This document shows, one piece after another, positions 1 through 9,189 of a DNA stretch of 64,000 nt. This stretch comes from Candidatus Latescibacterota bacterium. GTDB lineage: Bacteria; Latescibacterota; UBA2968; UBA8231. The translations under genes were made by a program, and so were the position numbers. The first letter of the stretch is position 1. The number at the start of each line of letters is the position of its first letter. Location of the stretch: assembly GCA_965248355.1 (NCBI GenBank), contig OZ252098.1:4864001-4928000 (forward strand), written 5' to 3'. The notes under the pieces were generated by a model. The model worked only from the letters and a program-made list of their open reading frames with translations. It did no database searches and was not told the origin of the DNA.

Positions 1-2582
1 GGCTCGGTCCGCAGGCCCAGGCTGGCCGTGCCGTCGCCGGTCACGCGGAGGAACTGCAGCCCCCAGGGTTTGACCGTCAGCCCCGGGGGTTCCCCGTCCA
101 ACCGGTAGGTCACGGAGGCCGGCGGGGGGAAGCCCCTCCCCTCCGGGGTCTGCAGGGAGGTGAGGCGGTAGTTGAACCGCGGGTGGCCGCTCTGACCGGT
201 GCCGCTGATGTAGAGCTGGGCCCCCCATCGTGCCATGAGGTCGGCAAAGCTCTCGCCGGTGGCGGTCTCGACGTTGTCGCGGTCGATCCGGTCGGTCTGC
301 ACCAGGCGCAGCAGCACCCCCTTCCCTAGCAGGTCGACCAGGCTGCGCACGAACAGGTAGGCCGCACCGCGCTTGGCCAGGCTGCCGATGCCGGTGCTCA
401 ACCCTGCCCCTCCGGGCTGCCTCAGAAAGGCGCGCACAAGCGCGTAGTTGTCGTTCTCCTGTTCCGCCACCAGGTCCTGGGCTACGTGCGACAAACCCTC
501 GTTGAGCCAGATCTCCTCGACGCCGGAACGGCGCACCAGGACGTGCTGGTTGAAATTGATGAGGTGCTGGAAGTAGTGGGCCAGCAAGGACCGGTACTCG
601 GACGCGGCGGGACTCAGCCACAGCAGATCGGTCATGTTGCCGTTTCCGCCCAGATGGTCAGGCACCACGGCCCCCGCGTTGAATGCGACGGGTCGGCCGA
701 TGTCATGCATGAGGTGGGTGAAGAGCAGGGCGATCTTCCCGTCTCCGTCCACGTCCGAGGGGGCCCCGAAGGCGTCCACCAGGACCGGGTAGTCCTCGGC
801 GAACTGGTCGATGATCGTCCGTATCCGTTCTTCGTCGATGTAGTCTTCGTCCTCCCGAAGGTCCTCCTGGAGGAAGGCCACGGCGCGCTCGTTGACCGCT
901 GCAACCCTCGTCTCGATGAACTGGTCAAGAGTATCTACATCGACGTTGAAGAAGAAGGAGCGGCGGTCCCCGACCTCGTACTGCACCCCCACCGGCTTGC
1001 CCGCCCAGGGCCCGCTTTGCCCCAGGCGCCGGGCCAGGTCCTGCTCCAGCCGGCGGTCCCCGTTCTCGGCGGTGTCCGGACGGTCGTCCGCCGGGGCATG
1101 GGCGGACTTCCCGCTGCCCCCGGGGCGGTCCAGGAGGACGTCGAAGAGCGCCTCCGGGTCCGGCGCGTGCAATGGCGACGCGTAGAGAGCGAGAACCACG
1201 TCCTGCTCCCGGAGATCGAGTTCGGCATCGAGGCGCCCCTCGGCATCCGCCCGCAGGTGCACCAGGTCGGAGGACGCGTCCCGGCGCTGCAGCCCGGAAA
1301 GGGCGACGGAGACCCGGGGCCGGAAGGGGTCGTCGCTGAGCACGGTCAGCAGACCCTGGTCGTCCCCCGAGCCGCTGTAGCTCAACACGACTTCCCCGGA
1401 CTCGCCGGGACCCAGCACGTCGGGGTAGGCCTCGACGGCAAAGGGGCCTTCGACCCGGGGCGGCTCCAGCTCGACCGCGCCGCGGCCCCGGTTCCGCAGC
1501 GGGACCCCCGTCTCCTGCCCGGCCAGCAGGGAGACGGCCAGCACCCCTACCTCCAGGTCCGGGAGGGGCGCATCCACCCCCTCGATGAGGATGTCGCCGG
1601 CGACCCAGTTCGCCCCCTCCTCGAGGTCGATCATCAGGCTCAGTCGCACGGGCCCCAGCTCGCGGTCCGTGAGGCGCACCGGAAAGCGGAAGCGTCCCTC
1701 GTCCAGGCCGAAGGCGAGCACCCGCCGTTCCCCCTCCTGCGGCGCCAGAATCAGCCGGGCTGCGCGAACCCAGGGGCGGACCTCGCCGGCGACGACCACC
1801 GGACGGTGCAACGGCCATTTCACCGGCAGGGGCTCGTCGAGCACCAGCCCGTTGAAGAAGTGCCGGGGCACCTCGGCGGGTTCGGCCCCGGCCTCGATAT
1901 CGAGGAAGAAGTACCAGGCGACGGCTGTCAGTTGCCCTCCCGGCGAGCCGAGGTACGCGATCAGACCCCGGGCATCCTCCACTTCCCGGGGCAGCAGAAG
2001 GGTTCGCTCGAAGCGCTCCTCCTGGGCGAGGATGTAGAAGTCCCAGTTCCCGGCATCGGACGTGAACCGGAAGAGGAGCATGGCGGGCGGGGCCAACCCG
2101 TCCAGATGGCCGGCCAGGTGCACGGCGGTCCCGGTGGCCATGCGGGTCGGCATCGGCTGGTCGAGATGCACCAGGGGGAAGTAGCGCCGCGGCAGCATCA
2201 CCGGTCCCCGCCCCCGGTCTATCTGCAGGCCGTCGAAACGTCCCAGGAGGGAGAGGGTTTCCTCACCCTTGAAGGCCTCGACCACCAGGCTGAACTCTCC
2301 ATCCAGGCTATGGGGAAAGACGACTTCCCGAACAAAGCGGCCCTCGACGACCCAGACCTGGAAAGCAAATCCGGCTTCGTCGGCCCGTTGATACGTGAAG
2401 ACAATGGCGGAGATGCCGGGGTCTTCCACGCTCCCGGACAGAGACAGAGCCTGACCCGTTTCGAAGCGGGTCGGCATGGGCTCGTCCAGAAGGATGCCGG
2501 GGAAGAAGGTCCGCGGCACGTCGTCGGCCTTCAGCAGGAGGGGGTTGAGCAACAGCAGCACCATCGGGAGGGCCAGACGCAT
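1..2582 (-). CDS. Secreted zincin-like (M30/MA-clan-like) multidomain protein, paralog 1, catalytic Glu replaced by Tyr; 3' end runs off the window
   Basis: Read by hand from ATG at 2582: MRLALPMVLLLLNPLLLKADDVPRTFFPGILLDEP (signal-peptide-like). Colinear with 2642..5794. Motif reads LLAHYFQHLINFNQH...WLNEGLSH. Absent from the ORF track because there is no stop in the window. Confidence 0.85.
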   Translation of the reverse strand, partial: MRLALPMVLLLLNPLLLKADDVPRTFFPGILLDEPMPTRFETGQALSLSGSVEDPGISAIVFTYQRADEAGFAFQVWVVEGRFVREVVFPHSLDGEFSLVVEAFKGEETLSLLGRFDGLQIDRGRGPVMLPRRYFPLVHLDQPMPTRMATGTAVHLAGHLDGLAPPAMLLFRFTSDAGNWDFYILAQEERFERTLLLPREVEDARGLIAYLGSPGGQLTAVAWYFFLDIEAGAEPAEVPRHFFNGLVLDEPLPVKWPLHRPVVVAGEVRPWVRAARLILAPQEGERRVLAFGLDEGRFRFPVRLTDRELGPVRLSLMIDLEEGANWVAGDILIEGVDAPLPDLEVGVLAVSLLAGQETGVPLRNRGRGAVELEPPRVEGPFAVEAYPDVLGPGESGEVVLSYSGSGDDQGLLTVLSDDPFRPRVSVALSGLQRRDASSDLVHLRADAEGRLDAELDLREQDVVLALYASPLHAPDPEALFDVLLDRPGGSGKSAHAPADDRPDTAENGDRRLEQDLARRLGQSGPWAGKPVGVQYEVGDRRSFFFNVDVDTLDQFIETRVAAVNERAVAFLQEDLREDEDYIDEERIRTIIDQFAEDYPVLVDAFGAPSDVDGDGKIALLFTHLMHDIGRPVAFNAGAVVPDHLGGNGNMTDLLWLSPAASEYRSLLAHYFQHLINFNQHVLVRRSGVEEIWLNEGLSHVAQDLVAEQENDNYALVRAFLRQPGGAGLSTGIGSLAKRGAAYLFVRSLVDLLGKGVLLRLVQTDRIDRDNVETATGESFADLMARWGAQLYISGTGQSGHPRFNYRLTSLQTPEGRGFPPPASVTYRLDGEPPGLTVKPWGLQFLRVTGDGTASLGLRTE

Positions 2583-2641
2583 GGTTCTATCCACTGGGAT
2601 CACCTTTTCCACAGGGACTCGGGTATCGGCGTTCATCGTCG

Positions 2642-5600
2642 TCACCGCAGCAGCAACAGCTTGCCCACTCCCTGGTACGGCCCCGCCTCCAGTCGGTAGA
2701 GATACGAGCCGCTGGCCAGGGCCCGCCCCGCATCGTCGCGGCCGTCCCACTCCACCGAGTGGATCCCCGACCCGCCCGCCCCCCGGACCAGGACCGCCAG
2801 CTTCTGACCCAGCAGGTCGTACACCGCCAGCTCGACCGACGGCTGATCCTCCGGCAGGGAGAAGGAGAGCAGGGTGCGGCTGTTGAAGGGATTGGGGTAG
2901 TTGGGATGGAGGGCGAAGGCCGGGGGCTCGGCCGCCAGCTCGACGCCCGTGATCATGGGCCGTATCTCGAAGGAGGTGACGGCTCCCACGTAGGTCAGGT
3001 CTCCGGCCGGACCGACCTCCAGCGACAGCCAGTAGATGCCGAGGGGCACCTCGTCGAAGCGCAGCCGGCCGTCGAAGCGCCCAGCCTCGACCGGCAGGCC
3101 CAGGGTCGTCACCGCCCTTCCCGAGCGATCCCCATCCTCGTCCTGACGAAACAGGGAGAACTCCATCCGGGTCGCCTCGAGATCCGACACTTCGCCGCTG
3201 ATGTGAAGGGGCTGCCCCGCGTGGACGGCGGCTGGCAGGGGACGGTCGAGCCGCACCCGGTTGAAGTAGCGGGTGGGAATCCGCACGGGACCGCCGCCCC
3301 GGGCGACACGAATGGAATGGAAGCTGCCGGCGAAAGGCGTCGGCCGGCGCTCCAGGACGTAGACGTTGAGGGAGTAGGTCCCGGCCTCGTCGTGGGGGAA
3401 GAAGAGCGTTCGTTCGAAGCGCCCCTCATCGACGAGCAGGAAGAACGTCTGGGGCTCGCCTCCCTCCTCGGGGACGAACTCCAGGTGGATCCGTTCGACG
3501 CTGTCGGCCGTGGTTCCCTCAAAGAGCAGCGCCTCTCCGGTGGTCAGCTTCAGGGGCGGCGGCGAGTCGAGGGTGAGGCCGGTGAAGTGGTCGGCGGCCA
3601 TGGCGGCGGCCGCCTCGGCCCTGGCCGCCGCCAGGGGTACCGCGCCAAGGCGGGCCCGCGGCTCGGTCTGCAGGCTCAGACTTCCGCTGCCGTCGCCGGC
3701 CACGCGGAGGAACTGCAAGCCCCGGGGCTTGATCGCCAGCCCGGGAGGTTCCTCGCCCAGCCGCCAGGTCACCGAGACCGGCCGGGGAATGCCCCTTCCC
3801 TCCGGTGTCTGCAAGGCCCCGAGGCCGTAGTTGAAGCGCGGGTGGCCGCTCTGACCGGTGCCGCTGATGTAGAGCTGCGCCGCCCAGCGGGCCATCAGGT
3901 CCGCGAAGCTCTCCCCGGTGGCCTCCTCGACGTTGCCGCGGTCCCTCAGGTCGGTCTGCACCAGGCGCAGCAGCACCTCCTCCCCCAGCAGATCGACCAG
4001 GCTGCGCACGAAGAGGTAGGCCGCCCCGCGCCCGGCCGAGGTGATGCGGCCCGGGTTGAGCCCCACCGATCCCGGCTCCGCCAGAAACTCCCGCACAAGC
4101 CGGTAGTTGTCGTTCGGCGGTTCCACCACCAGGTCCTCGGCCAGGTGAGACAGCCCCTCGTTGAGCCACGACGCCTCGCTGATTCCGTGCCGCACGAGGA
4201 CGTGCTGGTTGAAGTTGATCAGATGCTGGAACTCGTGAACCAGCAAGGACCGGTAGGACTCCTCGGGAATGACCGGATTCGCCCACAGCAGATCGGTCAT
4301 GTTGCCGTCTCCACCCAGGCGACGGGGCAGCAGCGAGGAGGCGCGGAACTGGCCGCCGGCGCCGACATCCTGAATCAGGTGCGTGACGAGCACCGCGATC
4401 CGGCCGTCTCCATCCACGTCCGAAGGGGTCCCGAAGGCCTCCACCACGATCGGGTAGTCCTCGGCGAACTGGTCGATCACCCCTTGCATCCGATCTTCGT
4501 CGATGTTGTCGTCGTCCGCCCGCAGGTCATCCTGGACGAAGGCCACGACGCGGTCGTTGACCGCCACGACCCTGGCCTCGATGGACTGGTTCGGGAGGTC
4601 CCCCTGGGCGTGGAAGAAGAAGGAACGGCGGTCGCCGACCTCGTACAGGACCGCAGCCGGCTTGCCCGCCCAGCGCCCGCGCTGACGCACCCGCAGGGAC
4701 AGGGTCCGCTCGAGTTGCCGCGCCAGGTGGTCGACGGAATCGCGGCGGCCGGGCCGCGGGGCAACGGCCGGTCTGGCCAGGGACGCCGAGCCGTCGAGAG
4801 AGATGTCGTACGCCTTCTCCGGATCGAAGCGTTCCAACGGCGCCGCATAGAGAGCGAGCACCAGGTCCTGCTCCTCGAGATCGAAGGCGGATGCGATTCG
4901 ACCCGAGTCATCGGCCCGCAGATGCACCAGGTCGGAGGCCGCCTCCCGGACCTCCAGCCCCGACAGGGCGATCGAGACCCGGGGCCGGAAGGGATCGTCG
5001 CTGACAAGGGTCAGCAGGCCCTGGTCTCCTCCCGAGCCTCCGTACCTCAGCACGATCTCGCCGGCCTCGCCGGGGGCCACCACCGAGGGCCAGGCCTCGA
5101 CCTCGAACGGGCCTTCCACCTGGGGAGATTCCAGCTCGACGGCGGCGCCCCCCCGGTTGAACAGGGGGACCCGGCCCTGTCCCCCGGCCAGCAGGGCCAC
5201 CGCCAGCACCCCCACCTCCAGGTCCGGGGCCGGTGTGTCGACGCCCTCGATGACGAACTCGCCGGCGGTCCAGGAGTTGCCGTCCTGCAGCTCGACGACC
5301 GCGGTCAGACGCTCCAACGTCCCGGCCACGTGCAGGGCCTCGCCCGTGGCCAGGTCGGTCGGCAGCGGCTGATCGAGGTGCACGAGGGGGAAGTAGCGCC
5401 GGGGCAGCATCACCGGCCCCGTCCCCCGGTCTATCTGCAGGCCATCGAACCGTCCGAGAGACGCGAAGTCTTCCGTCTCCTCTTGGGCGTCGACCACCAG
5501 GTCGAATTGTCCCGCCACGCTGTGGGGAAAGACGACTTCCCGCACAAAGCGGCCCTCGACTACCCAGCCCCAGAAGTCCAGTTGGAGGCCGTCGGCACCC

Positions 5601-5794
5601 AGGAAGGCGAAGCGCACGAAGGAGATGGTGGAATCTTCGACGCTCCCCGACAGCGACAGGGCCTGGCCCGTCTTGAAACGGGTCGGCAGAGGCTCGTCCA
5701 GAAGAATGCCGGGGAGGAAGTCCCGCGGCACCTCGTCCGCCTCGACCAGGAGGGGGTTGAGCAACAGCAGGGCCATCGGGAGGGCAGGACGCAT
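2642..5794 (-). CDS. Secreted zinc metallopeptidase-like protein (HEXXH, M30/MA-clan-like) with C-terminal FlgD-Ig/T9SS-like sorting domain, paralog 2
   Basis: C-terminal part of the 1651-aa ORF; real start MRPALPMALLLLNP at 5794. Motifs HEFQHLINFNQH and WLNEGLSH. C-terminus FALHPNYPNPFN...VYDLLGQ...WDGRDDAG..LASGSYLYRL. Confidence 0.85.
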   Translation of the reverse strand: MRPALPMALLLLNPLLVEADEVPRDFLPGILLDEPLPTRFKTGQALSLSGSVEDSTISFVRFAFLGADGLQLDFWGWVVEGRFVREVVFPHSVAGQFDLVVDAQEETEDFASLGRFDGLQIDRGTGPVMLPRRYFPLVHLDQPLPTDLATGEALHVAGTLERLTAVVELQDGNSWTAGEFVIEGVDTPAPDLEVGVLAVALLAGGQGRVPLFNRGGAAVELESPQVEGPFEVEAWPSVVAPGEAGEIVLRYGGSGGDQGLLTLVSDDPFRPRVSIALSGLEVREAASDLVHLRADDSGRIASAFDLEEQDLVLALYAAPLERFDPEKAYDISLDGSASLARPAVAPRPGRRDSVDHLARQLERTLSLRVRQRGRWAGKPAAVLYEVGDRRSFFFHAQGDLPNQSIEARVVAVNDRVVAFVQDDLRADDDNIDEDRMQGVIDQFAEDYPIVVEAFGTPSDVDGDGRIAVLVTHLIQDVGAGGQFRASSLLPRRLGGDGNMTDLLWANPVIPEESYRSLLVHEFQHLINFNQHVLVRHGISEASWLNEGLSHLAEDLVVEPPNDNYRLVREFLAEPGSVGLNPGRITSAGRGAAYLFVRSLVDLLGEEVLLRLVQTDLRDRGNVEEATGESFADLMARWAAQLYISGTGQSGHPRFNYGLGALQTPEGRGIPRPVSVTWRLGEEPPGLAIKPRGLQFLRVAGDGSGSLSLQTEPRARLGAVPLAAARAEAAAAMAADHFTGLTLDSPPPLKLTTGEALLFEGTTADSVERIHLEFVPEEGGEPQTFFLLVDEGRFERTLFFPHDEAGTYSLNVYVLERRPTPFAGSFHSIRVARGGGPVRIPTRYFNRVRLDRPLPAAVHAGQPLHISGEVSDLEATRMEFSLFRQDEDGDRSGRAVTTLGLPVEAGRFDGRLRFDEVPLGIYWLSLEVGPAGDLTYVGAVTSFEIRPMITGVELAAEPPAFALHPNYPNPFNSRTLLSFSLPEDQPSVELAVYDLLGQKLAVLVRGAGGSGIHSVEWDGRDDAGRALASGSYLYRLEAGPYQGVGKLLLLR

Positions 5795-5811
5795 GAACTT
5801 CCGGGCCGACC

Positions 5812-7893
5812 TCACCGGTCGGAGGCCCTCTCCTCGGCGGATCGAGTGCGGGGATCCTCCATCAGGGCCTGCAGGACGGCGTCGGCGACCTCGGTCTCCA
5901 TCTCCCTGCCGAGGTGCGCGGCCGATTCGACCGCGGCCCGGGCCGCCGTCTTTCCGGCCTGCTGCTCCGAGACGCCGAGATCGGCGGCCGCTTCGCGCGC
6001 CGCCTTCACCGCGTGTCTGACGGCGTGGCCCACGTGCAGGCCGGCCTCGCTCGCCCCCTGGATGACGCCGTGCATGGCGCCGCGCAGCGCGTCGAGCGGA
6101 TCGGCCGCGGTCCTGGCGAGGGCCTGCATCGTGCCCTGCATCGCTTCCTCCGCCACGCGTCCAACTTCCATCGTCACGTCCGCCGCCGCCCACATGGCTC
6201 CTTCGGTGGCGCCCGTGGCCACCTCGGCGCCCTGCCGGCCGATCTGCTCGGCCGCGTCGGCGGCTTCCTCCACCGCCTGTCTGACGCGCACCGCCAACTC
6301 GCCGGCCCGCATCTGTCCGTAGTTGAGTCCCTCCACGGTCGCCTTGATCGTGGAGGACAGCTGGTGGGCGGTGACGCCGACGGCCACGTCGAGCCCGGGG
6401 ATGGGGGGCAGCCGGCGCAGCGACACCACCGGCAAGTTGGCCACGAAGCTCAGGCCCGGGACGGAGTTCAGCACCCGCAGGTTCTGGCGGGTCTGCGACA
6501 CCAGCTCGTCCATCACCGCCTCGCTCTCCGCCTCGCCCTCCTCCCGGAGGCCCGCCAGTACGCCGAGGGTGACGAGACCGAGGACGAAGGCGATGACGAA
6601 GAGGAAGTCGAAGCCGGTCAGGAAGACCGCGGGGAAACCGACGGTGCGCACCGGATCGACCCACTGCACCGCGATCTCGAGGTGACGGACGCTGAAGAAG
6701 TCGGCGAAGGCGCCGCCGAGCAAGGGGCTGACGCCCGCTCCGGCGCTGGAGGCCAGGGAGGCGGCCGTCAGGTAGGTCATGGCCTGGGCCTGGGGCGCCA
6801 TCTTCATGCGGATCGTCGTCGTCGCGATGTTGATGCCGGCGCTCGCGATCCCCATCAGCATGTGCAGGGCCACGAGCAGGGGCACGGTGAAGGCGTGCTT
6901 GTCGGGCAGGGTGGTGAAGGTCCAGCCGAGGATGACGAGGAAGTAGAGGGACGAGGAGAGGGAGAGCACCGACTTGCTGCCGAACTGATCGACGAAGGGC
7001 CCCCAGACCCGCAGGAAGAGGACGTTGGCGAGCTGGCTCAGCACGCCCAGCCCCACGACCCACGTCAGGCTCATGCCGAGCTTCGTCAGCATGTAGACGG
7101 TGAAGAAGGGCACCGCCAGATGGGCGACGAAGTTCCAGAGAAACAGGAAGTGGATCAGCTGCCGGAAGTTCCGGTCGCGGAAGGGGGCCCCGAGGCTGCT
7201 GAGCACCGAGGGGCGGCCGCCTTCGGGGACGACCATCCGCGGCTCCGGCATGCGCGCCATGAACCCCACGGCACCGAAACCCAGCACGATGCTGCCGAAG
7301 AGCATGGCGTACGAATAGGCGAAGATCTCGGCGCTCGGGCCGGAGGTCTTCCACCAGTCGATGTAGAGGGCCGCGGCGATCCCCGCCGTGGCCGAGGCGA
7401 TCGTCGACACCCGCAGACGCCGGGTGAAGATCCGGCCCATGAGGTCCTGCGGCACCAGGTCGCGGAGCCAGCCGTTCCAGCTCGTGCTCACGAAGGCGTT
7501 GCCCATGCCTCGAAGTCCGATGAACACGAGCAGGAGGGTCACGGCCCCCGGGTTGGGCACGTCGACGAGGAAGGGGAGCAGCGCGATGGGGATCCACGTC
7601 GCGTAGGTGATGAAGTAGGCGGTGACGGCCACGGCCTTCCGCAGGCGCAGCCGCTCGACGGCGAGGACCGCCACAAGTTGCAGGGGCTGCATGACGAAGG
7701 GGATGGCCGTCATGATGCCGATGTGGAAGTTGGACGCCCCGAGAATCAGGGCGAAGGAGGCGAGGAACCCGCCGGACGCCAGTCCGTCGGCCCCCGACGC
7801 CCAGATGGCCTGGCGGATCATGTCGCCCAACCCGCGCCGGCGCTCTGCGTCGCTGAGCTCGGGAACGGGTCGGAAGAATCCGGGAATGGCCAT
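5812..7893 (-). CDS. MFS transporter with long Ala-rich helical C-terminal extension
   Basis: About 12 hydrophobic segments, MFS loop motif WGPFVDQFGSKSVL and PFRDRNFR central linker. Start MAIPGFF at 7893 is inferred. Confidence 0.85.
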   Translation of the reverse strand: MAIPGFFRPVPELSDAERRRGLGDMIRQAIWASGADGLASGGFLASFALILGASNFHIGIMTAIPFVMQPLQLVAVLAVERLRLRKAVAVTAYFITYATWIPIALLPFLVDVPNPGAVTLLLVFIGLRGMGNAFVSTSWNGWLRDLVPQDLMGRIFTRRLRVSTIASATAGIAAALYIDWWKTSGPSAEIFAYSYAMLFGSIVLGFGAVGFMARMPEPRMVVPEGGRPSVLSSLGAPFRDRNFRQLIHFLFLWNFVAHLAVPFFTVYMLTKLGMSLTWVVGLGVLSQLANVLFLRVWGPFVDQFGSKSVLSLSSSLYFLVILGWTFTTLPDKHAFTVPLLVALHMLMGIASAGINIATTTIRMKMAPQAQAMTYLTAASLASSAGAGVSPLLGGAFADFFSVRHLEIAVQWVDPVRTVGFPAVFLTGFDFLFVIAFVLGLVTLGVLAGLREEGEAESEAVMDELVSQTRQNLRVLNSVPGLSFVANLPVVSLRRLPPIPGLDVAVGVTAHQLSSTIKATVEGLNYGQMRAGELAVRVRQAVEEAADAAEQIGRQGAEVATGATEGAMWAAADVTMEVGRVAEEAMQGTMQALARTAADPLDALRGAMHGVIQGASEAGLHVGHAVRHAVKAAREAAADLGVSEQQAGKTAARAAVESAAHLGREMETEVADAVLQALMEDPRTRSAEERASDR

Positions 7894-7976
7894 GGGCCGG
7901 GCTTTCTCCACCGGGCGGGGGATGGTTAATTCAGCCCATTCCGAAAGATGACCGAACGGTCCAAGATAGGGAGGGG

Positions 7977-9167
7977 ATGCAGAGCATGACAGCAAGCCTA
8001 CGTCCTACGGGTTCCGCATGGAGGGCAGCGGCCCGCGCGCCGAAGCCATACCTCAATAGACACAAGACGGCCATCGGGGCCCTCTCCTGCGCGCTGAGTC
8101 TCACCCTCCTCGGTCTGCCGACGGAGGGGCATGCCGGCAGTCCCGCCGAGCAGCAACCCGGCCCTGAAGCACAGCGGTCCGGCCGAAGAGGAATCGTGAC
8201 TTATGCGACAGTGTACGGGTTCAGCTTGTATGGTCCGGGGACGATCCGCCTGCTCGACATCGAGTCCGAACGGCGGGTGGCCGGATTGCAGATGCTGATC
8301 GGCGGCGGGTCGTTCTTCTGGGCCCTCGAGGCCACCAAGGACTATCGGCTCGGCGCCGGACGTTCCCTCCTGATCCTCGGAGGCAGTTGGGCCGGTACGC
8401 TGTACGGGCTTGGCGTGCCCGTGTTCTTCAAGTCGGAGAACGACAAGGCCTACTGGGCCGGTGCGATGATCGGTACGCCGGCCGGCGGACTGATCGCTCA
8501 CAGACTCAGTTCCCACAGATGGTTCGAGAGGGGTGAAACGGACATGCTGGTCGCCGGTGGATTGACCGGTGGAGTGTACGGCATCGCCATTCCCTACGTC
8601 CTCGACATCGAGTCCCTGTACGAGTGGACGCAGGCCAGGATCTACGTCGCATCGGCGATGGTGGGTGCGCCGGCGGGCCTGTGGACGACAAAGAGATGGA
8701 TGCGCGGCAAACCGATAAACCAGGGGCGGGCGCATCTTGTTTCCCTGGGGGGAGTCGTCGGGGCGGGCTATGCAAGCGGAGTTCTCAGCCTCGGCGACGT
8801 GGAGAATCCCCGGGCCCACGTCTTCGCCGCCATGCTCGGCGCGCCGTTGGGAACGTATCTCGGCTACCGGTGGACGGCCGAGGAGGAGTACACGCCGGGC
8901 CGGGCGAGATGGACGATACTCGGCGCATACATAGGCACCCTGTTCGGCACCGGCGTTGCACTGGTTGCCGACGCGGAGGACCACAAACCGTACGTCCTGG
9001 CGAATATGCTTGGATCCGCCGCGGGCATCTGGTACGCGCACCGGTTCACGCGAGACAACCAGACTCCCAAGTCGGACCGGGTCTCCGTCTCGGTGCCCTC
9101 ACTCGACCAATGGCTCGCCATGGGCCTGACAGGGATTCCCGTGGAACTGGTGCGTATCACGTTCTGA
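7977..9167 (+). CDS. Hypothetical membrane protein with four tandem Gly-zipper-like helical-hairpin repeats
   Basis: 396-aa ORF with signal-like N-terminus, repeated GR...GG...G...YG...AM.G.P.G units and terminal Phe. Confidence 0.7.
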   Translation: MQSMTASLRPTGSAWRAAARAPKPYLNRHKTAIGALSCALSLTLLGLPTEGHAGSPAEQQPGPEAQRSGRRGIVTYATVYGFSLYGPGTIRLLDIESERRVAGLQMLIGGGSFFWALEATKDYRLGAGRSLLILGGSWAGTLYGLGVPVFFKSENDKAYWAGAMIGTPAGGLIAHRLSSHRWFERGETDMLVAGGLTGGVYGIAIPYVLDIESLYEWTQARIYVASAMVGAPAGLWTTKRWMRGKPINQGRAHLVSLGGVVGAGYASGVLSLGDVENPRAHVFAAMLGAPLGTYLGYRWTAEEEYTPGRARWTILGAYIGTLFGTGVALVADAEDHKPYVLANMLGSAAGIWYAHRFTRDNQTPKSDRVSVSVPSLDQWLAMGLTGIPVELVRITF

Positions 9168-9189
9168 TCACGAAAGGGGGTGTCTGAGC

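Noticed and set aside
486..6322. Long plus-strand ORFs 486..2699 (737 aa) and 2759..6322 (1187 aa)
   Set aside because: Antisense shadows of the minus-strand peptidase paralogs, typical of high-GC DNA; no motifs.
5795..7597. N-terminal 600 aa of the 1651-aa ORF as part of a giant protein
   Set aside because: Arg/Pro/Gly-rich off-frame overlap with the MFS gene; the real start with signal peptide is at 5794, matching paralog 1.
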